Source: a virus
DNA: 64,000 nt
Virus record (IMG/VR): IMGVR_UViG_3300021364_001752
Coordinates: 1 to 64,000 of that record
Reading direction: 5' to 3' (one strand)
The notes below the pieces were generated by a model. That model was not told where the DNA came from, did no database searches, and saw nothing but the letters and a program-made list of their open reading frames with translations. The position numbers and the translations under genes were made by a program. Positions 10,211-19,638 of this stretch are shown piece after piece (positions within the stretch are counted from its first letter, which is position 1; each line of letters starts with the position of its first letter).

Positions 10211-10244
10211 ATGATAAATAACTTAAACAACCAGGAACAGATCA

Positions 10245-11426
10245 ATGCACATATCAGAATTTGCTAAACCGGTAACATCAAAGAGCTTGAACGAAAGTCT
10301 AGCTCGCCGTTTCGGTAATAAAATTAAATTAGAAACTTATACATTGGAGCAGCTACAAGATGCTCGCAATAAACTACGCACAAAACTTAGTCAAGTTGAA
10401 ATGACTGAAAACTTTAATACAGTCGTAGAAAGCGATAGTTACCAAAAAAGTAAACTAATGTTAGACATTCTAAATGCTGCTATTACAGAGCGTGGGGATA
10501 TCGAAGAAGCTGAAGCAAAGCCAGACTTCCGTGATGTTGATGGCGACGGCGATCGCGAAGAATCATGGAAAGATGCTGAAAAGGACAAAGAAGAACAAAC
10601 AGACGAAGGTGCATACGGTAAAAAGAAAAAGAAGCGCAAAATGTCTGAAGGTGCTGAAGATCAGGCAGAGATTGTTATGGCAGCAAAAGAAATGGTTGAC
10701 CGTCTTACTGGTTGGATGGAAGACACAGCTGAAATGCAAACTGAATCTATGCTAGAACTTGCAGATGCTATTCGTGATGAAATGGGTTCACAACAAAGCC
10801 AAGCATATGTAGACAGCATCAAGCCTGCTCTACAAGATCTTTACAGTGCAATGGAGGTCACACGTGGTGCATTAAGTTCAGGTGTTGGCATGCTCACTGG
10901 TGAAGAACAACCAGCAGCACCAATGGGTGCAGAAGAACCAATGCCAGCAGGTGACGAAATGGCAATGGAACCAACAGTAGATATGGAAGCACCAGTTGAT
11001 GATGGCGAAGGCTTTGCTGTCGCTGGCGCAGCAGCTGGAGGAGATGAAGCAGCAGGTAGAGCACGTAGAGAGTCTATACAGTTTAACGAAGACAACGCTG
11101 GCGCTGATATTGAAGATGCCTGGAAAGGACATCTAAGCGCGGAATTGGTTGGCCCAGAAGCTCGTGAAGAAGTTAAAAAATTAATACTTGCATATCGTCA
11201 CCAAATGAAGATTGGTAACAAAGCCGGAGCAATGTTAATTCTTGATACTATTAAGAAAAAGCATGATTGGGCGATGTATATAATAAAAGGTGACAATTTG
11301 CTTGACATCGCACCACAATCGAACATACCGCCTAACCAGTCACGACCAATGTCGACTCCTAACCAAAGAGAAAGTGTTGATCCACGCAAGCTGGCCAACA
11401 AACTTGCTAGCTCAAAAAAAAAGTAA
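10245..11426 (+). CDS. Acidic prohead scaffold/core-like protein
   Basis: GATAAATA promoter (10213); helical acidic protein with L/I-x-E sites (LNES, RESI) and DxDxDG loop KPDFRDVDGDGD. Confidence 0.55.
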   Translation: MHISEFAKPVTSKSLNESLARRFGNKIKLETYTLEQLQDARNKLRTKLSQVEMTENFNTVVESDSYQKSKLMLDILNAAITERGDIEEAEAKPDFRDVDGDGDREESWKDAEKDKEEQTDEGAYGKKKKKRKMSEGAEDQAEIVMAAKEMVDRLTGWMEDTAEMQTESMLELADAIRDEMGSQQSQAYVDSIKPALQDLYSAMEVTRGALSSGVGMLTGEEQPAAPMGAEEPMPAGDEMAMEPTVDMEAPVDDGEGFAVAGAAAGGDEAAGRARRESIQFNEDNAGADIEDAWKGHLSAELVGPEAREEVKKLILAYRHQMKIGNKAGAMLILDTIKKKHDWAMYIIKGDNLLDIAPQSNIPPNQSRPMSTPNQRESVDPRKLANKLASSKKK

Positions 11427-11740
11427 TTGAAGCCATAGACACTGATACGCTGTTTGCAACCCTTAGACATCTTAAGAACAAAGGTGTAGAAAGCCTATCG
11501 TTCAAGCAGTTGGATAAGTTTATGGCTAACAGCGATAGACAACAGTTTGATTTTGAAACTTTCAAAGCAGCATTTGATACAGATCCACGTATAAAAAATG
11601 TTGTCACAAACTTTGACCAAGACAAAATAGATTTTAAACAAAGTGAAGTCGACGACTTAGGTGCAGCAAGTGCTCCTGGTGGTGATGCAGTTGGCAAGAT
11701 GGCATCTAAGGCAACTGATCTTGGTGCAAGTTTAACTTGA
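11417..11740 (+). CDS. -1 frame extension of the 10245 ORF (probable frameshift product, about 105 extra aa)
   Basis: A AAA AAG heptamer 11417-11423 directly before TAA; -1 frame open 11411-11740 with no ATG/GTG/TTG start until TTG 11510, which lacks an SD. Confidence 0.6.
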   Translation, partial: KKVIEAIDTDTLFATLRHLKNKGVESLSFKQLDKFMANSDRQQFDFETFKAAFDTDPRIKNVVTNFDQDKIDFKQSEVDDLGAASAPGGDAVGKMASKATDLGASLT

Positions 11741-11765
11741 CAACAAAATTACAATAAGTTATAAT
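11737..11765 (+). promoter_or_regulatory. sigma70-type promoter
   Basis: TTGACA-17-TATAAT. Confidence 0.8.
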
Positions 11766-11787
11766 ACAAATATTAATAGGAGGTCTT

Positions 11788-12105
11788 ATGACTGAAAGAA
11801 CACAAGAGCAGATTGTGGAGCATATCCAGTTGGTGCTGGAGACATATGTTGCACCCGCAGTAGCAGGACACGGCGGAGAAGTAAATTTTGTAGAATACAA
11901 CAATGGCAAGGTATTGCTTGAACTTAGTGGTGCATGTAGTGGTTGCGCAGGCAGCACTATGACACTTAAATTTGGTGTTGAAAACATGCTACGAGATATG
12001 ATTCCTGAAGTAGAAGAAGTTGAAGGAATGGACGATCCATTTAGCACTGTAGATCCTTTCTACTCAAGTGCTCCTCATTGGATGTATGAAGACGAGACTC
12101 CTTAG
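11788..12105 (+). CDS. NifU C-terminal/NfuA-like Fe-S cluster carrier
   Basis: HGG, LSGACSGC, TLKFGVE..IPEV. Confidence 0.9.
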   Translation: MTERTQEQIVEHIQLVLETYVAPAVAGHGGEVNFVEYNNGKVLLELSGACSGCAGSTMTLKFGVENMLRDMIPEVEEVEGMDDPFSTVDPFYSSAPHWMYEDETP

Positions 12106-12785
12106 TGTCCCTTATTGTAGAAAAGTATAGTTACGAAAAATTAAAGCGTGTAGAAGTTGACGGTAAGAGACGTTACGCTGCCCCCGGCGGTGCTCCTGTA
12201 GCAAGCGTTACAACTATCTTAGGCGAAACAAAAGATAAGACACATTTAATTGAATGGCGTAAACGTGTAGGTGAAAAGAAAGCACAAGAGATTACAACTG
12301 AAGCAGCAGGTGTAGGCACAAGGATGCACCACTATTTAGAGAAGTATGTTGAAACTGGGGAATGGCCTAGTGCAGGTAGTAATCCTTATGCACAGCAAGC
12401 ACACATGATGGCAACAAAGATTAAAGTCCATGCAATGGATGATGTAGATGAAATTTGGGGCAGCGAAGTTCCGCTTTATGTTCCTAATATCTACGCTGGC
12501 ACAACTGACCTTGTAGGTGTTTACAAAGGCAATCCTTGCATAATGGATTTTAAACAAACCAACAAGCCCAAGAAACTTGAATGGGTAGAAGATTATTTCT
12601 TACAACTTACAGCATACGCAATTGCGCACAATGAAGTTCATGGCACAGACATACGTGAAGGACATATCTTTATGTGCAGTCGTGCAGGCGAATACCAACA
12701 GTTTGATTTATGGCCAGATGAATTTGCAGAGTGGGAACAAGAATGGTGGAATAGGTGTAAGCAGTATTACGAGAAGTTCGGCTAA
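12105..12785 (+). CDS. PD-(D/E)xK exonuclease (phage RecB-family nuclease)
   Basis: SVTTIL, GTRMH, AGTTDL..MDFKQ, YFLQLTAYA. Confidence 0.85.
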   Translation: MSLIVEKYSYEKLKRVEVDGKRRYAAPGGAPVASVTTILGETKDKTHLIEWRKRVGEKKAQEITTEAAGVGTRMHHYLEKYVETGEWPSAGSNPYAQQAHMMATKIKVHAMDDVDEIWGSEVPLYVPNIYAGTTDLVGVYKGNPCIMDFKQTNKPKKLEWVEDYFLQLTAYAIAHNEVHGTDIREGHIFMCSRAGEYQQFDLWPDEFAEWEQEWWNRCKQYYEKFG

Positions 12786-12813
12786 ATACTAGTAATAATA
12801 CTAGGAGCATAGA

Positions 12814-14565
12814 ATGGCAGTCGTTCAGATTTCGAGGATACAACTTAGAAGAGGTAGAGTAGGTGATAGCAGTCCTCCTATTCTTGCTTCTGGCGAAATG
12901 GGTTGGGCAATTGATACCCAGGAGTTGTTTATTGGTAATGGTGCTGTATCAGAAGGCGCACCCGAAGTTGGTAATACTAAAATCCTTACCGAACGAGATA
13001 ATCTATTTGACTTAATAGGCGAATACTCACTAGGTAAAAGCGGCGATACTTTTTCAGTTACCACAGGCATTTCCCCAGCACAACCTATACAACGTCCTTT
13101 ACAATCAAAGTTAGACGACTTTGTTACAGTAAGAGATTTTGGTGCAGATGGTGATGGAGACGACGGCGGCGGCATACAAAGAGCTATCTATGAATTGTTT
13201 CTAAATCAAAGAGCAGGTTTTGAAAATGTAGAACTACGCATACCTGCAGGAACCTATTTGTTATCTGCTCCTCTTTTTGTTCCTCCGGGAGCAAAGATCG
13301 TAGGCGATGGCAAAGGCGTTACAACTCTACAATTAGAAAATGGAATCAATACTCCTATTTTCCAAATGGTAAATTCCACATGGGATCCTAACACACAGCT
13401 ACAAGATACTACCACCGTAGATAACCAGTCAAAAAATGTTATAATCAAAGATATGTCTTTAGATAACACTACAAACTTTGGCGGTTGTATTTTGTTATCC
13501 AGCACTATAAACAGTGTGTTTGAAAATTTACATCTAACAACAGCACATGATTTTGCAATTGACGGATTATATACAGATGGTGTAACTGAATTGTCTATTA
13601 CCGATCAGGGCGGTATTAAATTTGATTACAATGCAGGCAACGCATACCCAAGTGAAAATAATAAGTTTATCAATATAGAATTTGAAAACATGGTTTATGG
13701 TGTTGATGCTCCAAAGAATGCTAACTATAATTTGTTTGAAGGATGTTCATTTAACAATGTAGGTTATGGGATAATGTTTGGTGAAGTAGACGGAGTATCT
13801 ACTAGAGTAATACCTACTGCGGATTATGCATTTGCACCAAAATACAACACAGTTACTAATAGTTATTTCAACGATGTAAGAAGAGAAGCATGGCGTATTT
13901 CCAAAGGACAATACAATAGAAGCAGCAGCAACACATTTTTACGTGTAGGAAATAATGGCGGTAGCAGCGCAGGAAATGCATGGCCAGTGCTTACTTTTGA
14001 TGATTTACATAACAAAAGTGATAATGACTATTTCCAAAGAACATTTGATCTAGCTCTTAATTATGATGTGTTTAATACTTCAGACGAAGATACCATTATT
14101 GATAACTTTGCTGACTATAATTATTATCCTGAGATATCAGGCAGTTTTGATTATGTTAATAGTTTTCCAATTGAAAAGGGCATCGGCAACAATGACTCTC
14201 CATTGCCCTCTGAAAGTAGTTTAGAAACATCATTTATGTATTTGCCAGCACCAGCATTCCAAGGTATTATACAGCTAGACTATACTTATAATGTTCAATT
14301 AGCATCAACACAATTAATACGCAACGGAAAAATTGAAATAATATATGACCAACGAGAAGGCAGTATTACACTAAGCGACGATTATGTTTTTGTAGGTGAC
14401 GAGTCAAGAGATGACTTGCTTACCTTTACTGCTAGTTATGCAAATGGCCGCAATGATGTTATCAGTATTAAGGTAGTAAACGAAACTTTGCTGGATGGCG
14501 AATCATATACAGATTTGTTTACTACAACCATTAGACAAAAATCAACTTATCTGCAGGCTCCGTAA
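12814..14565 (+). CDS. Tail-associated beta-helix (pectate-lyase-like) protein
   Basis: RIQLRRG..LASGEMGW N-terminal tail-fibre motif; VRDFGADGDG, IPAGTY, GDG; CTAAATA promoter 12782. Confidence 0.75.
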   Translation: MAVVQISRIQLRRGRVGDSSPPILASGEMGWAIDTQELFIGNGAVSEGAPEVGNTKILTERDNLFDLIGEYSLGKSGDTFSVTTGISPAQPIQRPLQSKLDDFVTVRDFGADGDGDDGGGIQRAIYELFLNQRAGFENVELRIPAGTYLLSAPLFVPPGAKIVGDGKGVTTLQLENGINTPIFQMVNSTWDPNTQLQDTTTVDNQSKNVIIKDMSLDNTTNFGGCILLSSTINSVFENLHLTTAHDFAIDGLYTDGVTELSITDQGGIKFDYNAGNAYPSENNKFINIEFENMVYGVDAPKNANYNLFEGCSFNNVGYGIMFGEVDGVSTRVIPTADYAFAPKYNTVTNSYFNDVRREAWRISKGQYNRSSSNTFLRVGNNGGSSAGNAWPVLTFDDLHNKSDNDYFQRTFDLALNYDVFNTSDEDTIIDNFADYNYYPEISGSFDYVNSFPIEKGIGNNDSPLPSESSLETSFMYLPAPAFQGIIQLDYTYNVQLASTQLIRNGKIEIIYDQREGSITLSDDYVFVGDESRDDLLTFTASYANGRNDVISIKVVNETLLDGESYTDLFTTTIRQKSTYLQAP

Positions 14566-14595
14566 ATTGTCCATAAATATTTCAACGGTATTTTA

Positions 14596-15018
14596 ATGTT
14601 TGACAAACCATTTTACGATAGATTAAAGTGCTGGAAAGAATTAAGATATGAAATTGAAACAGCCAAGGATCCTTTTTCCTTGGTGCTTGATTTTTGGCGT
14701 TCTGCTCCAGCAACCAAAATTGCCACTGATCCATACGACAGTGAGACATGGCCAGATCCCTGGGCAATGATAGAAGAAAATCAATACTGTGACTTTATGA
14801 AAATTCTAGCAATTTTCTATACTTTACAGTTAACAGAACGTTTTTCGGAGAGTGAATTTGAGATACATATATTTTTAGACCAGAAAGAATGTTCAACAAT
14901 TTACCTTCTTTCAGTTGACAAAAAATCAATAGGATATTACAATGAAAGTTATATTGCAAGAGTTACAACTACCTTTAAACCGCAAGCGCATTATAACTCT
15001 TTACCAACATATACATAA
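14596..15018 (+). CDS. Conserved phage hypothetical protein
   Basis: WPDPW motif; ATAAATA upstream. Confidence 0.65.
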   Translation: MFDKPFYDRLKCWKELRYEIETAKDPFSLVLDFWRSAPATKIATDPYDSETWPDPWAMIEENQYCDFMKILAIFYTLQLTERFSESEFEIHIFLDQKECSTIYLLSVDKKSIGYYNESYIARVTTTFKPQAHYNSLPTYT

Positions 15019-15037
15019 CAAATAATAAGGAGCAAAA

Positions 15038-17344
15038 ATGTCCAATGGAACTATGATAGTGAAACGTAGTGGCGCGAAGGAGCCTCTAAACATCGACAAA
15101 ATACATTTTGTTGTTGAAGAAGCATGTAAAAATTTGGCAGGCGTAAGCAGTAGCCAAATTGAGATGAACGCCAATCTACAGTTTTACGATGGCATGACCA
15201 CAAAGGATATACAGGAAATTCTAGTGCGCAGTGCTAATGATTTAATTTCCTTGGACAATCCAAACTATCAAACAGCAGCAGCACGGCTTCTCAGCTATGG
15301 TATCAATAAAGAAGTTTTTGGTCGCTATGAGCCAATAAGCCTGCGTGAAATGATTGACCTAAATATCAAGCGTGGTGTTTATGATGATGAAATACTAGAC
15401 TGGTATACAGACGAAGAAATTGAACGTATGGATAGTTATATTCATCACAAGCGTGATGAAAACTTTACCTATGCAGGATTACGTCAAGTGGTAGACAAAT
15501 ATCTATGTCAGGATAGATCTACTAACCAATTATTCGAAACTCCTCAGTTCATGTATATGATGATTGCTGCCACGTTGTTTGCAAATTATCCTAAAGAAAC
15601 ACGTATGCACTATGTAAGGAGATACTACGATGCGACCTCTCTTTTTAGAATCAATATCCCAACGCCAGTCATGGCAGGAGTCAGAACACCTATACGACAA
15701 TTTGCAAGCTGCGTTCTTGTTGACAGCGATGATACCCTTGATAGCATCTTTGCCAGCGATATGTCTATTGGACGCTATACTGCGCAAAGAGCAGGAATTG
15801 GAATCAACTCGGGACGCATCAGAGCAGTAAACTCAAAAATACGTGGAGGTGAGGTAGCACACACAGGGATCATTCCATTTCTTAAAAAGTTTGAATCAAC
15901 TGTAAGATGTTGCACACAAAATGGAGTGCGTGGTGGTAGTGCGACTGTGCATTTTCCTCTTTGGCATTATGAAATCGAAGACATCCTTGTGCTGAAGAAC
16001 AACAAGGGCACTGAGGATAATCGTGTGCGCAAGTTAGACTACAGTATACAGTTGAACAAACTCATGTATGAGCGTCTACTACAAGACGGTGAAATTACAC
16101 TGTTCTCACCGCAAGACGTTCCTGGACTTTATGATGCGTTCTACAGCGACCAAGACAAGTTCAAAGAACTTTACGAAATGTATGAACGTAAAACCAGCAT
16201 CCGTAAAAAGAAAATTAGTGCAATGGAACTGTTCAGCGATCTTATCAAAGAACGTGCAGAAACAGGACGCATTTATATTATGAATGTAGATCATGCTAAT
16301 ACACACAGTTCATTCAAAGACACTGTTTACATGAGTAACCTGTGCCAAGAAATCACATTGCCCACAAAGCCACTACAGCACATTGATGATCCAGATGGCG
16401 AGATTGCTCTGTGTATCCTAAGTGCAATCAATGTAGGTATTATCAAAGACTTGGACGATCTAGAAGAGCTTTGCGATTTAGCTGTAAGAGCATTAGAAGA
16501 AATTATTGATTATCAGCGTTACCCAATTGTTGCTGCTGAGAAATCAACCAAGGCTAGACGTTCGTTAGGCATAGGTTATATCGGACTTGCTCACTATTTG
16601 GCAAAGAACAAAGTTCAATATAACGACCCAGAAGCATGGAAGGTTGTGCATGATCTTACTGAAGCGTTCCAATACTATCTACTCAAAGCCAGCAACAAAT
16701 TAGCGCAGGAGCGTGGTGCATGTGATTACTTTGACCGCACTAAATACAGCGACGGCATTCTTCCAATTGACACATACAAGAAGGATGTAGACGCAATAGT
16801 GGAGAACAAGTTAAACTATGATTGGGATAGTTTACGCAATGATATCAGAGAGCACGGGCTACGACATTCAACGTTGTCCGCACAGATGCCATCGGAGAGT
16901 AGCTCTGTTGTGTCGAACGCTACCAATGGAATCGAACCACCCCGCGGTTACCTGTCCGTTAAGAAGTCAAAGAAAGGGCCTCTTAAGCAGATTGTTCCGC
17001 AATATCAAAGTCTAAAACAATACTACACATTGTTGTGGGACATGCCTAGCAACGAAGGTTATATCAATGTAGTTGCAGTAATGCAAAAGTTCTTTGATCA
17101 GGCTATCAGCGGTAACTGGAGTTACAATCCAACACACTATCCAGATAATGAAGTGCCTATGAGTCAGATGATCAACGATTTGTTAATGACTTACAAACTG
17201 GGTTGGAAAACAAGTTACTATCAGAACACATACGATTATAAAACTGATCCTAGCGAAATTGAAGAAGAAAAACCGCAGACAGAATTAGCACCATCAGAAC
17301 TTGATCTCAGTGAAGATGAAATGTGCGAAGCCTGCGCTATATAA
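15038..17344 (+). CDS. nrdA: Ribonucleoside-diphosphate reductase class Ia alpha subunit
   Basis: ATP cone, QFASCVL, SNLCQEI, MPSESSS, C-terminal CEACAI; no intein or intron seen. Confidence 0.98.
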   Translation: MSNGTMIVKRSGAKEPLNIDKIHFVVEEACKNLAGVSSSQIEMNANLQFYDGMTTKDIQEILVRSANDLISLDNPNYQTAAARLLSYGINKEVFGRYEPISLREMIDLNIKRGVYDDEILDWYTDEEIERMDSYIHHKRDENFTYAGLRQVVDKYLCQDRSTNQLFETPQFMYMMIAATLFANYPKETRMHYVRRYYDATSLFRINIPTPVMAGVRTPIRQFASCVLVDSDDTLDSIFASDMSIGRYTAQRAGIGINSGRIRAVNSKIRGGEVAHTGIIPFLKKFESTVRCCTQNGVRGGSATVHFPLWHYEIEDILVLKNNKGTEDNRVRKLDYSIQLNKLMYERLLQDGEITLFSPQDVPGLYDAFYSDQDKFKELYEMYERKTSIRKKKISAMELFSDLIKERAETGRIYIMNVDHANTHSSFKDTVYMSNLCQEITLPTKPLQHIDDPDGEIALCILSAINVGIIKDLDDLEELCDLAVRALEEIIDYQRYPIVAAEKSTKARRSLGIGYIGLAHYLAKNKVQYNDPEAWKVVHDLTEAFQYYLLKASNKLAQERGACDYFDRTKYSDGILPIDTYKKDVDAIVENKLNYDWDSLRNDIREHGLRHSTLSAQMPSESSSVVSNATNGIEPPRGYLSVKKSKKGPLKQIVPQYQSLKQYYTLLWDMPSNEGYINVVAVMQKFFDQAISGNWSYNPTHYPDNEVPMSQMINDLLMTYKLGWKTSYYQNTYDYKTDPSEIEEEKPQTELAPSELDLSEDEMCEACAI

Positions 17345-17353
17345 ATATAACAC

Positions 17354-17383
17354 TTGACATACAGCCCTCATGGGCTGTATACT
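17354..17383 (+). promoter_or_regulatory. sigma70-type promoter with hairpin in spacer
   Basis: TTGACA-18-TATACT; ATACAGCCC-TCAT-GGGCTGTAT. Confidence 0.7.
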
Positions 17384-17413
17384 CTATACAGACACAATTA
17401 AAAAGGAATAACA

Positions 17414-18517
17414 ATGTCGAAGACTGTTTTTAATCAAGAAAAAGTTGACTTTACAAAACAAAACATGTTCTTTGGCGAAGACCAAAACACACAGCGTTAT
17501 GATACATTTCGCTTTCCTGTCTTCGACAAGTTGAACCAAACCATGCTAGGTTACTTCTGGCGTCCGGAGGAAGTGAGTCTGCAAAAAGATCGTGCTGACT
17601 TTGCTAACTTCCGTCCAGAACAAAAACATATTTTTACAAGTAACCTAAAATATCAAACATTGCTAGACAGTGTGCAAGGACGTGGCCCGTGCCTAGCATT
17701 TTTGCCACACGTAAGTTTGCCTGAGCTCGAAGGTTGCATTGTCACTTGGGACTTCTTTGAAACTATCCACTCACGTTCATATACACACATTATGAAAAAC
17801 GTGTATGCAGATCCTGCAGAGGTTTTTGATACTATCCTCGACGATGAAAAGATTATTGCTCGTGCAACCAGTGTAACCAAACACTACGATGCATTCAATG
17901 AAGCAGCTGATGCATACTTCCATAGAGGTGAAGGCTCTTTGTATGATGTAAAGAAAAAACTATATCTTGCAATGATGACAGTTAACATCTTAGAAGGGTT
18001 GCGTTTCTATGTAAGTTTTGCTTGCACGTTCGGCTTTGGAGAACTCAAGCTAATGGAAGGTAGTGCAAAGATTATTAGTCTTATCGCACGTGATGAAGCA
18101 CAGCACCTGGCACTAAGCACACACGTTCTTAAACTTTGGGCACAGGGCAAAGACGATCCAGAGATGGCCAAGGTTGCTAAAGAGTGTGAAGAAGATGTTT
18201 ATGACCTGTGGCGTGAATGTGTTGCAGAAGAAAAAGATTGGGCAGAGTATCTATTCAAAGACGGCTCAATGATTGGACTTAACACAAACCTATTGAATCA
18301 ATATGTTGAATATATTGCAAACAGACGTCTAAAAGCCCTTGGCTTCAATGCTATTTTTGATGCACCAGTGAACACCAATCCACTACCGTGGACACAGCAC
18401 TGGCTTTCAAGTTCAGGCTTGCAAGTTGCTCCACAGGAAACAGAAGTAGAAAGTTATATTATTGGCGGCATCAAACAAGATGTTGATAAAGACAAATTAA
18501 AAGGATTTTCACTATGA
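17414..18517 (+). CDS. nrdB: Ribonucleotide reductase class Ia beta subunit
   Basis: FWRPEEV, ETIHSRSY, EGLRFY, DEAQH, QVAPQETEVESY. Confidence 0.98.
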   Translation: MSKTVFNQEKVDFTKQNMFFGEDQNTQRYDTFRFPVFDKLNQTMLGYFWRPEEVSLQKDRADFANFRPEQKHIFTSNLKYQTLLDSVQGRGPCLAFLPHVSLPELEGCIVTWDFFETIHSRSYTHIMKNVYADPAEVFDTILDDEKIIARATSVTKHYDAFNEAADAYFHRGEGSLYDVKKKLYLAMMTVNILEGLRFYVSFACTFGFGELKLMEGSAKIISLIARDEAQHLALSTHVLKLWAQGKDDPEMAKVAKECEEDVYDLWRECVAEEKDWAEYLFKDGSMIGLNTNLLNQYVEYIANRRLKALGFNAIFDAPVNTNPLPWTQHWLSSSGLQVAPQETEVESYIIGGIKQDVDKDKLKGFSL

Positions 18518-18765
18518 TACACATTTGGGGTAAACCAGCATGTCCATCATGCACTAAAGCAAAAGCACTTTGCGAGTCAAATAGTTTTCAATACGAGTAT
18601 CTTGAATTAGGTAAAGATTTTGATAGAGAAGCAGTATTAGCAGAATTTCCAGAAGCAAGAACGTTTCCGCAGATTGTGATTAACGGACAAAAAATTGGCG
18701 GGTATGAACAGATGCTTAAATACATTGAAGACACAGGTTACACAGGAACAGGACACACTTTATGA
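18514..18765 (+). CDS. Glutaredoxin
   Basis: CPSC, RTFPQI, IGGY. Confidence 0.92.
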   Translation: MIHIWGKPACPSCTKAKALCESNSFQYEYLELGKDFDREAVLAEFPEARTFPQIVINGQKIGGYEQMLKYIEDTGYTGTGHTL

Positions 18766-19055
18766 TTATTGAAACACCTTACAAACAAAACGACACAGTA
18801 TCAATAAAAACCAACGCTGGTGACGAAGTTGTTGCACGTTTTGTTGAAGAGGACAAAGATACAATTACAGTTCAGAAGCCTCTTGCATTGATGGCAACAC
18901 CTCAAGGCGGTGTAGGACTAGGCAACTTTGCGTTTACTATTCCACAAGATACAAAATTAAAGTTAAATAAAAGTGGTATATTATTTGTGCATAAAACAGA
19001 AGCTGAGATGGCTAAACAATATGTTAATAGCACAAGTTCTATACAAATGGTTTAG
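18762..19055 (+). CDS. Small beta-barrel (Sm-like) phage protein
   Basis: VSIKTNAGDEVVARF pattern typical of T4-like marine phages. Confidence 0.5.
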   Translation: MIIETPYKQNDTVSIKTNAGDEVVARFVEEDKDTITVQKPLALMATPQGGVGLGNFAFTIPQDTKLKLNKSGILFVHKTEAEMAKQYVNSTSSIQMV

Positions 19056-19063
19056 GAGTTAAA

Positions 19064-19372
19064 ATGCCAGGGGTGGTTAGAGAAATAGTTGATACAAATA
19101 TTGGACATGCAAAGCCACCACCTGATCCAGAACCATTTCACCAGTTTCCTTTTGTAAGAAATCAAAGCACAGTTTTTGTAGACACCTATGCAGTTATTAC
19201 AGATGGCGGATCAACACAGTGCGGCGATGGTGTAAATGTCCCAAGTAGTAGAAATGTCTATGTAGAGAATCAACGGGTTGCTATTATAGGTGATCCAACA
19301 GGCGGCCATGGCGGGTTTGGAGGCAACAGTGTTGCCAGTGGAAGCGGAGATGTTTTTATAAATGGCCTTTAA
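19064..19372 (+). CDS. PAAR-like spike-tip protein (T4 gp5.4-like)
   Basis: VFVD..V..DG..CG, NVYVENQRVAIIGD, VASGSGDVFING. Confidence 0.75.
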   Translation: MPGVVREIVDTNIGHAKPPPDPEPFHQFPFVRNQSTVFVDTYAVITDGGSTQCGDGVNVPSSRNVYVENQRVAIIGDPTGGHGGFGGNSVASGSGDVFINGL

Positions 19373-19631
19373 CGTAAGCTATGGTAGTTTTGATTTTCCT
19401 CCTAATCCTGATATTGCAGGGTTACTGGCTCAAGCAGCGGCAGAAACTGATCCTGTATTACAGGCACAACTTTATCAACAGGCTTATAGTTTTTCAGCAC
19501 CCTTGACAAACGAAGAAAAAACTTTGTTTTCTTATATGCAAGATGATTACATAGAAAACAATCCAGGACTGGTAGGCAATCGACAAACCAGTTATGTAGG
19601 AGCAAGAACGTTAGACGACCTTACAGAATAA
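19362..19631 (+). CDS. Hypothetical protein
   Basis: Overlapping ORF in operon. Confidence 0.6.
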   Translation: MAFNVSYGSFDFPPNPDIAGLLAQAAAETDPVLQAQLYQQAYSFSAPLTNEEKTLFSYMQDDYIENNPGLVGNRQTSYVGARTLDDLTE

Positions 19632-19638
19632 ATACTGT

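Noticed and set aside
12105-12785. Cas4/CRISPR association
   Set aside because: No four-Cys Fe-S motif, no cas neighbours and no repeat-spacer array seen; an ordinary phage exonuclease
15038-18517. Introns, inteins or homing endonucleases in nrdA/nrdB
   Set aside because: Both ORFs are continuous and of normal class Ia length
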